In this document: in pieces, positions 1 through 9,515 of the stretch | Layout: each line of letters opens with the position of its first letter | Position numbering within the stretch: position 1 is the stretch's first letter | Source of the DNA: an uncultured Rhodobacteraceae bacterium | Lineage (GTDB): Bacteria > Pseudomonadota > Alphaproteobacteria > Rhodobacterales > Rhodobacteraceae | Assembly: GCA_947499635.1 (NCBI GenBank) | Contig: CANMPD010000012.1 | Coordinates: 35,857-99,856 of the forward strand | Direction of reading: 5' to 3' | DNA length: 64,000 bases | The notes under the pieces: model-generated | Seen by the model: only the letters and a program-made list of their open reading frames with translations | Database searches by the model: none | What the model was told of the DNA's origin: nothing | Made by a program: the position numbers and the translations under genes

Positions 1-96
1 AACAGGCTAACCTGTTCTATCATTAGGGGCAATTCTAACCATCACAGCTGCACGGTTTTGATGGAAGATTGAACAAGGGCGGTCTAAAAGACTGGC

Positions 97-432
97 ATGA
101 CAGATACATTGCCCCCCTGCCCCGAATGCGCCTCGGTTTACGCCTATGAAGTCGACGCGCTGTTAAACTGCCCTGAATGTGGCCATGAATGGTCCGCGAA
201 TGAGGAGGCCAGCCCTGAGATTCGCGACAGTGTCGGCAATGTGCTCAACGACGGCGACACGGTGACCGTGATCAAGGACCTGAAAGTCAAAGGATCTTCA
301 GCGGTGGTCAAAGTAGGCACCAAGGTGCGCGGCATCCGTCTGGTCGATGGCGACCACGACATTGATTGCAAAGTTCCCGGTGTCGGCCCTATGGGATTAA
401 AAAGCCAATTCGTCAAAAAAGTGGCCGAGTGA
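97..432 (+). CDS. yjdM: YjdM/PhnA-family zinc-ribbon protein
   Basis: 111-aa ORF. N-terminal CPxC...CPxC ribbon (CPECASVY...CPECGHEW), then the [11 protein letters not shown]...KVGTKV C-terminal domain typical of PhnA/YjdM. Confidence 0.85.
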   Translation: MTDTLPPCPECASVYAYEVDALLNCPECGHEWSANEEASPEIRDSVGNVLNDGDTVTVIKDLKVKGSSAVVKVGTKVRGIRLVDGDHDIDCKVPGVGPMGLKSQFVKKVAE

Positions 433-496
433 TTGCGAAAAGACAGGGGCAATTTGCCCCGCCCGTTAATCTGTCTATGATTTAGACGATGAACGC

Positions 497-531
497 AAAA
501 CCCCCGCCCTGTTTCCAGAGCGGGGGTTTTT
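497..531. terminator. bidirectional rho-independent terminator between yjdM and rplQ
   Basis: AAAA-CCCCCGC (501-507), 12-nt loop, GCGGGGG (520-526), then TTTTT. A-run and T-run flank the stem, so it reads as a terminator on both strands. Confidence 0.6.
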
Positions 532-552
532 CAACCATTAAGGTTGGAAATC

Positions 553-972
553 TTACTCGGCGGCTTCTGCTGCTGCTTCAACGCGGGCTTTATCGCCTGC
601 ACCTTTTGCAGCAACGTCGCGGTCGACGAATTCGATAATAGCCATAGGCGCCATATCACCATAACGGAAACCCGCTTTGAGAATACGGACATAACCGCCC
701 TGACGATCTTTGTAGCGTGGGCCCAAGATGTCGAAAAGTTTCGCAACATATTGGTCTTGCTTCAGCTTAGAAGCGGCCTGACGACGGGCGTGTAGATCGC
801 CACGTTTCGCCAAAGTGATCATTTTTTCGATGATCGGGCGCAGTTCTTTTGCTTTTGGCAAAGTTGTTTTGATTTGCTCGTGCTCAATCAAAGAGCCGGC
901 CATGTTGGAAAACAGGGCCTTACGGTGCTCATGAGTACGATTGAGACGACGGTAACCACGTGCGTGACGCAT
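553..972 (-). CDS. rplQ: 50S ribosomal protein L17
   Basis: [24 protein letters not shown]... is the canonical L17 N-terminus. ORF-track start 1032 trimmed to the ATG at 972. Last gene of the alpha operon. Confidence 0.95.
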   Translation of the reverse strand: MRHARGYRRLNRTHEHRKALFSNMAGSLIEHEQIKTTLPKAKELRPIIEKMITLAKRGDLHARRQAASKLKQDQYVAKLFDILGPRYKDRQGGYVRILKAGFRYGDMAPMAIIEFVDRDVAAKGAGDKARVEAAAEAAE

Positions 973-1086
973 TGTTAAAATCCTTATAGTGCGTTGTTTT
1001 GCTTTGTCAGGCAGCTGTTTACGTTCAGCCACTCACCTTGGGGCGGATATGCCCATTTCGACCCCGGCTAACCCCGGGAATTATGT

Positions 1087-1106
1087 GGGGAGAGTTGCCT
1101 CTCCCC
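1087..1106 (-). other. GC-rich hairpin in the rpoA-rplQ spacer (no U-tract)
   Basis: GGGGAGAG-ttgc-CTCTCCCC, a perfect 8-bp stem 13 nt after the rpoA stop. Possible processing or attenuation site. Confidence 0.3.
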
Positions 1107-1118
1107 GTTCAAAGCAAC

Positions 1119-2135
1119 CTAGAAGTTGTCTTCGAATTTCTTAGCCAGATCTTCGATGTTCTCTGGCGGCCATTCCTCAACATCCATGCCAAGGTGCAGT
1201 CCCATACCGGACAGAACTTCTTTGATTTCGTTCAAAGATTTCCGGCCAAAGTTTGGTGTCCGCAGCATTTCTGCTTCGGTTTTCTGGATCAAATCGCCGA
1301 TGTAGACGATATTGTCGTTCTTGAGGCAATTTGCAGAACGTACAGACAGTTCCAGCTCGTCCACTTTCTTGAGCAGAAGCGGGTTGAACTCGAGACCGTC
1401 ATCCTCGTCTGCGCGATTTGCAGACTCGGGCTCTTCAAAGTTCACAAAGATCGACAGCTGATCTTGCAGAATCCGCGCAGCATACGCCAATGCATCATCT
1501 GGAGTCAAAGACCCATCAGTTTCAACTTTGAGTGTCAGCTTGTCATAGTCCAGAACTTGACCTTCACGGGTCGGTTGAACGTCATAAGAGACCTTCTTGA
1601 CCGGTGAATAGATCGCATCAATTGGCATAAGACCAATCGGTGCGTCCTCGGGTTTGTTCTTTTCGGCAGTGACATAGCCCTTACCGGTGTTGACTGTCAG
1701 CTCCATGAACAGATCGGCACCGTCATCAAGGTGGCAAATCACGTGTTCACGGTTCAGAACCTCAATGCCAGCGCTTTCCGCAATATCACCTGCGGTGACG
1801 ATTGCTGGACCTTTGGCAGAGATCGACAGGCGCTTAGGCCCTTCGACTTCCATACGCAGGGCAACCTGCTTGAGGTTCAAGATAATGTCGGTCACGTCTT
1901 CACGTACGCCTGCAACCGAGGAGAATTCGTGCAGGACGTTATCGATCTGAACAGCCGTGATGGCCGCGCCTTGCAGCGAGCTCATCAAAATACGGCGCAA
2001 TGCGTTCCCAAGAGTAAGGCCAAAGCCCCGCTCAAGCGGTTCAGCAATCAGCGTTGCTTGACGAGCCGGATCATTGCCCGGTTTCCCTTCAAGCTGTGTG
2101 GGCTTGATTAACTCTGCCCAATTCTTATGGATCAT
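1119..2135 (-). CDS. rpoA: DNA-directed RNA polymerase subunit alpha
   Basis: [20 protein letters not shown]...[14 protein letters not shown] is the RpoA signature, 338 aa. ORF-track start 2171 trimmed to the ATG at 2135. Confidence 0.95.
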   Translation of the reverse strand: MIHKNWAELIKPTQLEGKPGNDPARQATLIAEPLERGFGLTLGNALRRILMSSLQGAAITAVQIDNVLHEFSSVAGVREDVTDIILNLKQVALRMEVEGPKRLSISAKGPAIVTAGDIAESAGIEVLNREHVICHLDDGADLFMELTVNTGKGYVTAEKNKPEDAPIGLMPIDAIYSPVKKVSYDVQPTREGQVLDYDKLTLKVETDGSLTPDDALAYAARILQDQLSIFVNFEEPESANRADEDDGLEFNPLLLKKVDELELSVRSANCLKNDNIVYIGDLIQKTEAEMLRTPNFGRKSLNEIKEVLSGMGLHLGMDVEEWPPENIEDLAKKFEDNF

Positions 2136-2248
2136 ACGTTCCCTCCATTCCTGTCTGAACCTCATGTCCAAAAGGATCAGACGCCCGAGGTTTCAAATGA
2201 CATACTGGGGCCGTGCAAACAGCACCGCCCCAGAAGGTTTTCTTATGA

Positions 2249-2638
2249 TTATACGCGGCGGCGCTTTGGTGGGCGGCAGCCGTTGTGTGCGATCGGAGTT
2301 ACGTCACGGATAGATGTGATGTTGAAACCGATTGCTGCAAGAGCGCGCAGAGCGGATTCACGGCCAGAACCTGGGCCTTGAACCTCAACTTCGATGGTTT
2401 TAACACCATGATCTTGCGCTTTTTTGCCTGCATCTTCTGCAGCCATCTGTGCGGCATAAGGCGTGGATTTACGAGAACCCTTAAAGCCCATGGTGCCCGC
2501 AGAGGACCAAGAGATTGCATTACCCTGAACGTCAGAGATCAGGATTTTAGTGTTGTTGAACGAAGAATTAACGTGTGCAACACCAGAGGCAATATTCTTG
2601 CGCTCTTTTTTCTTAGTACGAGTCTTTTCGCGTGCCAT
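2249..2638 (-). CDS. rpsK: 30S ribosomal protein S11
   Basis: 129 aa, ...[30 protein letters not shown]... Conserved position between rpsM and rpoA. Confidence 0.95.
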   Translation of the reverse strand: MAREKTRTKKKERKNIASGVAHVNSSFNNTKILISDVQGNAISWSSAGTMGFKGSRKSTPYAAQMAAEDAGKKAQDHGVKTIEVEVQGPGSGRESALRALAAIGFNITSIRDVTPIAHNGCRPPKRRRV

Positions 2639-2653
2639 TGATCAAACCCTCCC

Positions 2654-3022
2654 TTACTTCTTCTTACCAGCGATGGCCTTTGCGGGGCCTTTGCGAGTAC
2701 GAGCGTTGGTGTGGGTACGCTGACCACGGACAGGCAAGTTACGACGGTGGCGCAGGCCACGGTAGCAACCAAGGTCCATCAGACGCTTGATGTTCATTTG
2801 CACTTCACGGCGCAGGTCACCTTCTACGGTGTATGTTGCGTCGATGTGCTCACGGATGGCCAGAACCTCTGCATCGGACAGTTCATTTACGCGGCGTGCC
2901 GAGTCAATGTTTACTGCTGAGCAGATTTCTTTAGCGGATGCTGGACCGATACCGGTGATATATGTGAGGGCGATTGGAACCCGTTTGGAAGTCGGGATAT
3001 TTACGCCGGCAATACGTGCCAC
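2654..3022 (-). CDS. rpsM: 30S ribosomal protein S13
   Basis: 122 aa, [15 protein letters not shown]...[24 protein letters not shown]. Confidence 0.95.
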   Translation of the reverse strand: MARIAGVNIPTSKRVPIALTYITGIGPASAKEICSAVNIDSARRVNELSDAEVLAIREHIDATYTVEGDLRREVQMNIKRLMDLGCYRGLRHRRNLPVRGQRTHTNARTRKGPAKAIAGKKK

Positions 3023-3174
3023 GTGTTAAATTCCTTTTGTTGCGGTTCCGTAGTGCCAGAACCTTTTTTCACAACGCGTTAACTTTGGCATATGCATAAG
3101 TTTACCGCGTAACGAGTAGGTAATCACAGGAACAGACGAATCTGTCCAACTGGAATCATTCCCAGTAGGGATGG

Positions 3175-3202
3175 GGGTTCGTATGAGCAGAACCAAAGCC
3201 TG
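3175..3202 (-). promoter_or_regulatory. candidate sigma70-type promoter for rpsM-rpsK-rpoA-rplQ
   Basis: Minus strand reads TTGACA (3197-3202), 16 nt, ATACGA (3175-3180). It would give a 5' leader of about 145 nt. Sequence pattern only. Confidence 0.25.
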
Positions 3203-3443
3203 TCAAGCCCTAGAGACAACTATAGACTGTATTGTATTTTTATCTGTTTCGCGCGGCAAAAACGACACTTAATCACGCAACGTTTACGCGTTTATACGCC
3301 GATAAAATCACTCAGTTACTCTGTTCTCTTGATTCCACATCTCGCGACATCTAGATGTTACTATCATGACAGGTACATGTCAGATTTCAAAATATTTAAA
3401 TGGTCGCAAGCAGTCAGCCAGACAACAGGATAAATATCGTCAA

Positions 3444-3920
3444 ATGGTTATTCGTTATTTTTATAAATCTAGATCCACATATCCACATTATACATTTCAC
3501 GACCTCGACATTATGCGCTCTGCCCTTAGGGTAAACGAAGAGAAGAATATAAACAGCTTTCTGTTGCGCAGCGACTCTGCTTATTATCAAATCCTCGAGG
3601 GTGAAGAGACCGTTGTTATGGATCTGGTCGACACTATTTTAAAAGACTCGCGCCATTTTGATGTCACCACACTGCTAACCCACGAAATTGAAACACGTTA
3701 TTTTCAAGACTGGGCTTTAGGCATGCGTGTATTGCGTCCCGCTGACAAACAGATCCATACACAACTTGACCAACTTTCCGCTGACTCTGATATGGCGACA
3801 AAACACAGTGTGGTTCGGGATATCCATCGTATCGCGACAAGATATCATCAACGCGACAAGGCGTTACCACCCCGCAAAATGCTGCGTTCTGATCGGACTC
3901 GCTCACTCGCTTCAGCCTAA
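3444..3920 (+). CDS. short BLUF-domain blue-light photoreceptor protein
   Basis: IRYFYKS (Tyr), YYQILEG (Gln) and FQDWALGM (Trp/Met) match the BLUF flavin-pocket pattern. Start set at ATG 3444 with an AGGA upstream; the ORF extends to 3366. Visibly AT-rich compared with its neighbours. Confidence 0.8.
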   Translation: MVIRYFYKSRSTYPHYTFHDLDIMRSALRVNEEKNINSFLLRSDSAYYQILEGEETVVMDLVDTILKDSRHFDVTTLLTHEIETRYFQDWALGMRVLRPADKQIHTQLDQLSADSDMATKHSVVRDIHRIATRYHQRDKALPPRKMLRSDRTRSLASA

Positions 3921-3958
3921 CACGCCCGAGTCTGCGTCTGCAGGCTTGAGCACCCCAT

Positions 3959-3995
3959 AAAAAAAGTCGCCGAATACTCGGCGACTTTTAAAAAT
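3959..3995. terminator. bidirectional terminator between the BLUF gene and adk
   Basis: AAAAAA-GTCGCCGA-atac-TCGGCGAC-TTTTAAAAA. Perfect 8-bp stem with A/T runs on both sides, located between convergent genes. Confidence 0.7.
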
Positions 3996-4016
3996 ACGAA
4001 TCTATGATCTGGTGCC

Positions 4017-4664
4017 TTAAGTGCCCATGATCCAAGAAATTGACTCACGCACTTCATCGATTGACGCCAATCCATCCAACCGTTGAAGATTGCCTTTGGC
4101 GTAATAATACCCAATCAAAGGCGAAGTCTTCTTATAATATTCGTTGAGACGGGTTTTAAGGCTTTCCGCATTGTCGTCAGGACGACGCTTCACCTGCGTA
4201 GAACCGCAATTGATGCATTCACCGCTTTCAGGCCAAGGCTTGGTTTCGTCGTGGTATACTTCACCACATTGACCACAGGTTGAGCGACCAGAGACGCGTG
4301 CGACCAGCGCTTCGTCATCTACTTGCATCTCGATAACCGCGTCGAGCTTCATATCCATATCGGACAGGAGCTTTGCGAGAGCATCAGCCTGCGGCAGAGT
4401 GCGTGGAAATCCATCAAAGATGAACCCACCCTCTGCACCATCCTGCAACTTCTCGCGGATCAGACCGATAACGATCTGGTCCGTAACAAGCTTGCCCTCG
4501 GCCATGATAGCCGCGACTTTTTTGCCCATCTCGGTTCCAGCGGCTTGCGCATCGCGCAACATGTCACCAGTTGACAGCTGAACCATCTGCTTGGTGTCGA
4601 CCAAATAACGCGCCTGCGTTCCTTTGCCGGCACCGGGTGGGCCTAAAAGAATAATGTTTCTCAT
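4017..4664 (-). CDS. adk: adenylate kinase (Cys4 zinc-lid type)
   Basis: [19 protein letters not shown]-loop. The lid has CGQCG...CINCG (four Cys). Overlaps the secY stop. Confidence 0.95.
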   Translation of the reverse strand: MRNIILLGPPGAGKGTQARYLVDTKQMVQLSTGDMLRDAQAAGTEMGKKVAAIMAEGKLVTDQIVIGLIREKLQDGAEGGFIFDGFPRTLPQADALAKLLSDMDMKLDAVIEMQVDDEALVARVSGRSTCGQCGEVYHDETKPWPESGECINCGSTQVKRRPDDNAESLKTRLNEYYKKTSPLIGYYYAKGNLQRLDGLASIDEVRESISWIMGT

Positions 4665-6031
4665 CGACGCGCAGGTCCTCGTTTCGTGCGTTTCTTACTA
4701 CGGCCGCGCAACTGGCTTTTCTCAATTAAGCCTTCGTATTGATGCGCCAGCAGGTGGCTTTGAATTTGTTGGATTGTATCCATGGTCACGGATACAACGA
4801 TCAGAACGGATGTCCCGCCAAAATAAACAGGGAAGGCAAATTGGCCGCGCAGAACTTCTGGCAGTAAGCACACAATGGCCAGATAACCAGACCCCAATAC
4901 GAGAATACGGTTAACAACATATTCAATGTATTCTTCGGTTTTCTTACCCGGGCGAATGCCTGGAACAAAACCATTCTGATTTTTCAGGTTCTGCGCCACA
5001 TCTTCAGGCTTGAAAGCGACATTAAACGTATAGAAATACGCAAAGAACACAATCATCGCGATGAAAAACAGCAGATACAGCGGCTGACCGGGACCAAAGT
5101 TTGCAAGCATCCAAGACATAATCGGATTGGTTGCAGATCCAGTGTTAAAGGTCGAAATCGTAGTGGGCAGCAGCAAAAGCGATGACGCAAAGATTGCAGG
5201 AATCACGCCGGCTGGGTTCACCTTAATTGGCAAATGGCTAGAGCCACCGTCGTAGACCTTCATCCCGACCTGACGGCGCGGGTATTGTATGTGTATCTTG
5301 CGCAGTGCTCGTTCCATAAACACGACGAACATAATGACGCCGATCGTCATTGCGATCACCGCGATAATCACACCGGGAGAAATCGCGCCAGAACGACCAG
5401 AGGCAAAGAACTGTGCCAATGCAGCGGGAACTTCGGCAACGATGCCCACAAAGATGATCAAAGAGATGCCGTTACCAATGCCACGCTGTGTGATTTGCTC
5501 ACCCAGCCACATCAGGAACATCGTACCGCCAACCAATGTAATCATACACGCGGCGATAAAAAACCAAGGCGCTTGATCGCCTGCGACCATATCTCCGCTC
5601 AACAAACCAGCAGACAGGCCATAGGACTGGGCAGTTGCCAAGGCAACTGTTCCATAGCGGGTATATTGGTTTATCTTTTTGCGGCCTTGTTCACCTTCTT
5701 TTTTCAACTGTTCCAGCGCAGGGACCATGGAGGTCAGCAGCTGCACAATAATCGAAGCTGAAATATAAGGCATAATCCCGAGGGCAAAGATGCCCATACG
5801 GCCCAGTGCGCCACCAGTGAACAACGACACCATGCCGCCGATCCCCTGCCCTGCACTTTCCATGAACTCACGCAATGCATTTGCATCGATGCCGGGCACT
5901 GGAATAAATGTGCCGAGGCGATACACGATCAATAGAACGATCGTGAATAGGATGCGATTGCGCAGATCCGTGGCCTTGCCGAGCGCCGCCCAGCTGGTGT
6001 TGGCCGCCATTTGTTCTGCTGCTGATACCAT
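4661..6031 (-). CDS. secY: preprotein translocase subunit SecY
   Basis: 456 aa and multi-TM. Conserved position rplO-secY-adk. Confidence 0.95.
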   Translation of the reverse strand: MVSAAEQMAANTSWAALGKATDLRNRILFTIVLLIVYRLGTFIPVPGIDANALREFMESAGQGIGGMVSLFTGGALGRMGIFALGIMPYISASIIVQLLTSMVPALEQLKKEGEQGRKKINQYTRYGTVALATAQSYGLSAGLLSGDMVAGDQAPWFFIAACMITLVGGTMFLMWLGEQITQRGIGNGISLIIFVGIVAEVPAALAQFFASGRSGAISPGVIIAVIAMTIGVIMFVVFMERALRKIHIQYPRRQVGMKVYDGGSSHLPIKVNPAGVIPAIFASSLLLLPTTISTFNTGSATNPIMSWMLANFGPGQPLYLLFFIAMIVFFAYFYTFNVAFKPEDVAQNLKNQNGFVPGIRPGKKTEEYIEYVVNRILVLGSGYLAIVCLLPEVLRGQFAFPVYFGGTSVLIVVSVTMDTIQQIQSHLLAHQYEGLIEKSQLRGRSKKRTKRGPARR

Positions 6032-6138
6032 TAGATCCGTCTCTTTTAGCGAAAACGCCGCCCTAACCGTTTTCTGGCTGGGCGGCGTTAGGAAAACATA
6101 AGGACTATGTAAGCAGCTTATGCGCTGCTCACAAGTCG

Positions 6139-6609
6139 TTACTCAGCAGCGGCAGCCGCTGCCACGGTCAGCGCGCCACCAGCTTTGGCCACGGCCTCAA
6201 CTGCTGAGTTAGATGCACCGGTCACAGCAATGGTTGCTTTTGCAGTAAATTCACCTTTGGCCAGCACGCGAACGCCGTCCAATTTGCGACGTACCAGACC
6301 AGAAGCAACCAGTGTGTCTTCGGTAATGTTGGCTGCGTCCAGTTTGCCCGCGTCGATGAACTTTTGGATCAAGCCCAGGTTCACAACAGCAAATTTCTTT
6401 GCGTTTGGCTTGTTAAAGCCGCGCTTTGGCAAACGTTGGTACAAAGGCATCTGACCGCCTTCATAACCGTTGATCGACACACCTGAACGGGATTTTTGAC
6501 CTTTGATACCACGGCCACCCATTTTGCCTTTGCCGGAGCCTGGGCCACGGCCAACGCGTGTGCGTTTTGAGGTTGCGCCAGGATTGTCGCTCAGCTCATG
6601 TAATTTCAT
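6139..6609 (-). CDS. rplO: 50S ribosomal protein L15
   Basis: [41 protein letters not shown]-track start 6660 trimmed to the ATG at 6609. Confidence 0.95.
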   Translation of the reverse strand: MKLHELSDNPGATSKRTRVGRGPGSGKGKMGGRGIKGQKSRSGVSINGYEGGQMPLYQRLPKRGFNKPNAKKFAVVNLGLIQKFIDAGKLDAANITEDTLVASGLVRRKLDGVRVLAKGEFTAKATIAVTGASNSAVEAVAKAGGALTVAAAAAAE

Positions 6610-6719
6610 ATCGCTTCTCCTTATGCCGGAAATGTCCCCAGAAGCGTAATCGGGACACACGCGGCGTTTTTTGGTTTTACTTCGTCTTGATTCGAGGACA
6701 GTGAGACTGCCATTGGCCG

Positions 6720-6748
6720 CGTATAGACGGGATGCTGGTTTGGATCAA
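6720..6748 (-). promoter_or_regulatory. candidate promoter for rplO-secY-adk
   Basis: Minus strand reads TTGATC (6743-6748), 17 nt, TATACG (6720-6725). A promoter is needed here because a strong terminator lies upstream at 7124-7157. Confidence 0.3.
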
Positions 6749-6970
6749 GAGCAGCGATTGAGTTCCCACACAAAATGCCGCCAAGACCCTGCCCTGTCGG
6801 TTTTTGCACGCTTTTGCAGCGCTATGCCGTGATCTCTATATCGTCCTTATCCTGTCGTTCGATTTGACCGTTATAAAATGGCGGCGCCGCCGAATGGATA
6901 TGGATTAGGGTGTCACCCCTATATGAACAGAATTCTGGTCAATTGCTTCGCGTTTTAAACGAAGTCCGAT

Positions 6971-7009
6971 TCCGTGTGATTGGAGTGCCAAATCCAATCC
7001 GTGTGATTG
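6971..7009. repeat. 12-bp perfect direct repeat TCCGTGTGATTG x2 with a nested hairpin
   Basis: Copies at 6971-6982 and 6998-7009 (27-bp period). GATTGGA (6978-6984) pairs with TCCAATC (6994-7000) between them. Confidence 0.6.
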
Positions 7010-7114
7010 CAATCAACACCCACGTTAGTCACGCAAGCTGAATATATCACAAGCAGAGCGTGCGCTACGCATGCAACGGATTAAAAAGCAGCAATGATTT
7101 TGAAAAGCTCGATT

Positions 7115-7195
7115 AAAAAACAAAACGCCCCTGCCGGGAGGAGGTGGCAGAGGCGTTTAAAAAATTACCAGACTAGGGAGGAGGACGCCTGGCAA
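7115..7195 (-). ncRNA. ccsR: CcsR/cuckoo-type sRNA (two hairpins with CCUCCUCCC loops)
   Basis: Hairpin 1: CCAGGC-GUCCUCCUCCCUA-GUCUGG (7168-7192). Hairpin 2: ACGCCUCUGCC-ACCUCCUCCC-GGCAGGGGCGU (7124-7157), followed by UUUUGUUUUUU. It begins about 25 nt after the stop of a DUF1127 gene, as at the ccaF1-ccsR locus. Confidence 0.7.
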
Positions 7196-7217
7196 TTCTA
7201 TTCTAATTCAGATGTAT

Positions 7218-7430
7218 TTATGCGCCGTAAACGTGCTGGCGCGCCAAGTCAGAGATCTGTGCGCGTGAAATACCGATGTCGGCCAGTTCACGGCTGTCCA
7301 GTGAGGCCAGCTCTTCGTAGGTACGTTGGTATTCTTGGTAACGTGCCCAGCTTACCTGCACAGCGTCATAGGCAGCACGCAAGCGAGAAGTCAGAGAAAC
7401 GTTCGCGGAATATGTAAATGCTTGTGCCAT
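7218..7430 (-). CDS. DUF1127 small protein (CcaF1-like)
   Basis: 70 aa. The C-terminal ELASLDSRELADIGISRAQISDLAR matches the DUF1127 signature (LsDreLaDIGisR). Confidence 0.85.
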   Translation of the reverse strand: MAQAFTYSANVSLTSRLRAAYDAVQVSWARYQEYQRTYEELASLDSRELADIGISRAQISDLARQHVYGA

Positions 7431-7495
7431 CTTAGGTCCTTTCTTAGCTGAAACGGTTTTTTCAGCTCTGTGTGTATGTCATTGCTTACGACCTA

Positions 7496-7524
7496 TAGAT
7501 AGCCGCTTATGGTGGCGCTAACAA
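7496..7524 (-). promoter_or_regulatory. candidate promoter of the DUF1127-sRNA unit
   Basis: Minus strand reads TTGTTA (7519-7524), 17 nt, TATCTA (7496-7501). The predicted 5' UTR contains a perfect 8-bp hairpin AGCTGAAA/TTTCAGCT (7446-7467) just before the RBS. Confidence 0.3.
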
Positions 7525-7608
7525 CTGACAGTTCGGAACATCAGATATGCATTTCCTGCATGGTGAAATAACAATTCGTTAATTTCAAAGCCAACACCTG
7601 CCCCCATA

Positions 7609-8427
7609 TTAGCGACGTCGTGCGAACCAGTTCCACGCATCCCTAGCGATTGCAGGACCGGCCTGGTAAAACCAATGATTATGCCCCGGAATCATATGCA
7701 GCTCTACATCATGCCCGTTCGCCGCCATTTCATTTGAGGCAGAGCGCGCGGCATCGGGCAGAAAAATATGATCCCGAGTGCCTAAGTAATACCGAATTGG
7801 TTTGGGGTCTGCGGGGCTAATAATACGAGATGGGTCAGAAAACCCGGCATGTACAGCAGCGGCCTTCCACGGGCCTATGGCACGATTAATCAACGCCTCG
7901 ACGTATTGCGCACCTTCGGAATGACCGAACAAATAAATACGATCTGGATCAACAAGCCCTTGCTCTTTGGCGACCCGCAAAATTTCATGTAACGTCTCAG
8001 GCTGTTCTTGCCCTGACATCCATCGGGTTTGTGGCTCTGGTGCGATTAACAACAGCTTTTTTCGATCCGCCACTTTGCGCCACATATCGATCATAGAAAG
8101 ACCACTGCGGCCGGCCCCATGGAATAAGATCACAACCGGATAAGGACCTGAACCGAATCTAGGTTCGTAAGAATACCAACGACGCCCATCGGTTTTGTGC
8201 ACTTTGACGACATTATACAGATCATCAGGCACATTATATGTGGCGCCACGCACATAAGGTACAAACAAATCTTTACGATCCATTTCAGACATATGTCCAA
8301 TGCGCACGGGATCTGCCTGATCCGCGAATAAGTAAGCAGCCCCATCGGGTGCTGAACCGGTGCCATTATGTTTATAAGCATACAGACCGTAACACACGGC
8401 AGCGATCAAAAATAACAGACGTAGCAA
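7609..8427 (-). CDS. alpha/beta-fold hydrolase (esterase family) with N-terminal membrane anchor or signal
   Basis: 272 aa. Hydrophobic N-terminus MLRLLFLIAAVCYGLYAY, HG oxyanion motif (VVILFHGAG), nucleophile elbow GHSEG, and candidate Asp (GTRDH) and His (PGHNHW). Confidence 0.75.
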   Translation of the reverse strand: MLRLLFLIAAVCYGLYAYKHNGTGSAPDGAAYLFADQADPVRIGHMSEMDRKDLFVPYVRGATYNVPDDLYNVVKVHKTDGRRWYSYEPRFGSGPYPVVILFHGAGRSGLSMIDMWRKVADRKKLLLIAPEPQTRWMSGQEQPETLHEILRVAKEQGLVDPDRIYLFGHSEGAQYVEALINRAIGPWKAAAVHAGFSDPSRIISPADPKPIRYYLGTRDHIFLPDAARSASNEMAANGHDVELHMIPGHNHWFYQAGPAIARDAWNWFARRR

Positions 8428-8560
8428 AATATAACCTATGAGAAAATTGAATGGTAAAAATCTACTCAGGAGTTGTGGTTATAAATCGTCCGAAATGTGA
8501 CAATAGGACCGGCCTCCACCCGCTTTAGACGAGGCACCGAGACGGACATAGACAGGTCCC

Positions 8561-8591
8561 AATAAAAAACGCCCCGGTAAAACCGAGGCGT
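8561..8591 (-). terminator. rho-independent terminator after rpmD
   Basis: Minus strand: ACGCCUCGG-uuuua-CCGGGGCGU followed by UUUUUUAUU, 25 nt after the rpmD stop. Confidence 0.7.
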
Positions 8592-8616
8592 TTTAATCTT
8601 TACTCCAAGCGGCGAC

Positions 8617-8805
8617 TTAGTCGCGCTCTTCGATGATCTCAACCAGATGCGGGATCTTGTTGACCATACCGCGTACGGAAGGTGTATCTTCCAGTTCACG
8701 GGTTTTGTGCATTTTGTTCAGACCCAAGCCAACGAGCGTTGCGCGTTGGTCAGCTGGACGACGGATCGGAGAACCGATCTGTTTAACAACGATAGTTTTC
8801 GCCAT
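8617..8805 (-). CDS. rpmD: 50S ribosomal protein L30
   Basis: 62 aa, [33 protein letters not shown]. Confidence 0.95.
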   Translation of the reverse strand: MAKTIVVKQIGSPIRRPADQRATLVGLGLNKMHKTRELEDTPSVRGMVNKIPHLVEIIEERD

Positions 8806-8817
8806 TGGTCGATCTCC

Positions 8818-9393
8818 TTACGCTTCTGCTGTTTCGGAAGCGGCAACAGGGGCCTCTTCGCGTTTCGGCAGAATGTCTGCAACTTTCTTACCACGACGTT
8901 GAGCAACGGCACGTGGCGACTGCTCTTTTTTCAGACCGTCGATGGTGGCGCGGATCATGTTGTATGGGTTCTGTGTACCGATCGATTTAGACACAACATC
9001 TTTGATGCCGAGCATTTCGAAAACAGCACGCATAGGACCACCAGCAATGATACCAGTACCTTCAGGCGCAGAGCGCATGATGACTTTACCAGCACCGTGG
9101 CGACCATTCATGTCGTGGTGCAGAGTACGGCCTTCTTTCAGCTGTACACGGATCATCTGGCGCTTGGCTTGTTCAGTGGCTTTACGAATGGCCTCGGGGA
9201 CCTCTTTCGCTTTACCTTTACCAAAGCCTACGCGGCCTTTTTGGTCACCAACAACAACCAGAGCTGCGAAACCAAAGCGCTTACCACCTTTTACGGTTTT
9301 AGACACACGGTTGATCGCGACCAGGCGGTCTGCGAATTCTGGTGTTTCATCACGATCGCGGCCTTTGCCACGACGGTTATCACGTTCTGCCAT
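8818..9393 (-). CDS. rpsE: 30S ribosomal protein S5
   Basis: 191 aa, ...[27 protein letters not shown]... Confidence 0.95.
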   Translation of the reverse strand: MAERDNRRGKGRDRDETPEFADRLVAINRVSKTVKGGKRFGFAALVVVGDQKGRVGFGKGKAKEVPEAIRKATEQAKRQMIRVQLKEGRTLHHDMNGRHGAGKVIMRSAPEGTGIIAGGPMRAVFEMLGIKDVVSKSIGTQNPYNMIRATIDGLKKEQSPRAVAQRRGKKVADILPKREEAPVAASETAEA

Positions 9394-9515
9394 AAGACAT
9401 TCCTTTCAGAACGATTGGATGCGATTGCGCACATCCATAAAAACCAATCCTAGTGAGGGGGCATGCCGCCTCCTGGATCATCGGGACAGAGAACCTGCCC
9501 GCATTTAAAAAGCTC

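Noticed and set aside
553-1032. N-terminally extended ORF-track versions of rplQ (1032), rpoA (2171), rplO (6660), rplB (18140), rpe (27041), usp (30005), rimI (31925), fghA (41584), HAD (44386), MFS (46452), zapE (46352), panB (58773) and dctP (58967).
   Set aside because: The extensions precede the canonical conserved N-termini, often begin with TTG or GTG, lack an RBS, or overlap upstream genes. Internal starts with RBS-like sequences were chosen instead.
7094-7417. 107-aa plus-strand ORF overlapping the sRNA and the DUF1127 gene.
   Set aside because: It is antisense to a well-supported DUF1127 CDS and to the two CCUCCUCCC hairpins. Its Arg-rich translation reflects the GGAGG repeats read on the wrong strand.
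8647-9453. 268-aa plus-strand ORF. Similar long plus-strand ORFs occur at 10994-11923, 15679-16494, 19765-20574 and 999-1607.
   Set aside because: All lie antisense to unmistakable ribosomal-protein, rpoA or other core genes and have low-complexity, Arg/Cys/His-rich translations. These are typical shadow ORFs of highly expressed genes with biased codon usage.
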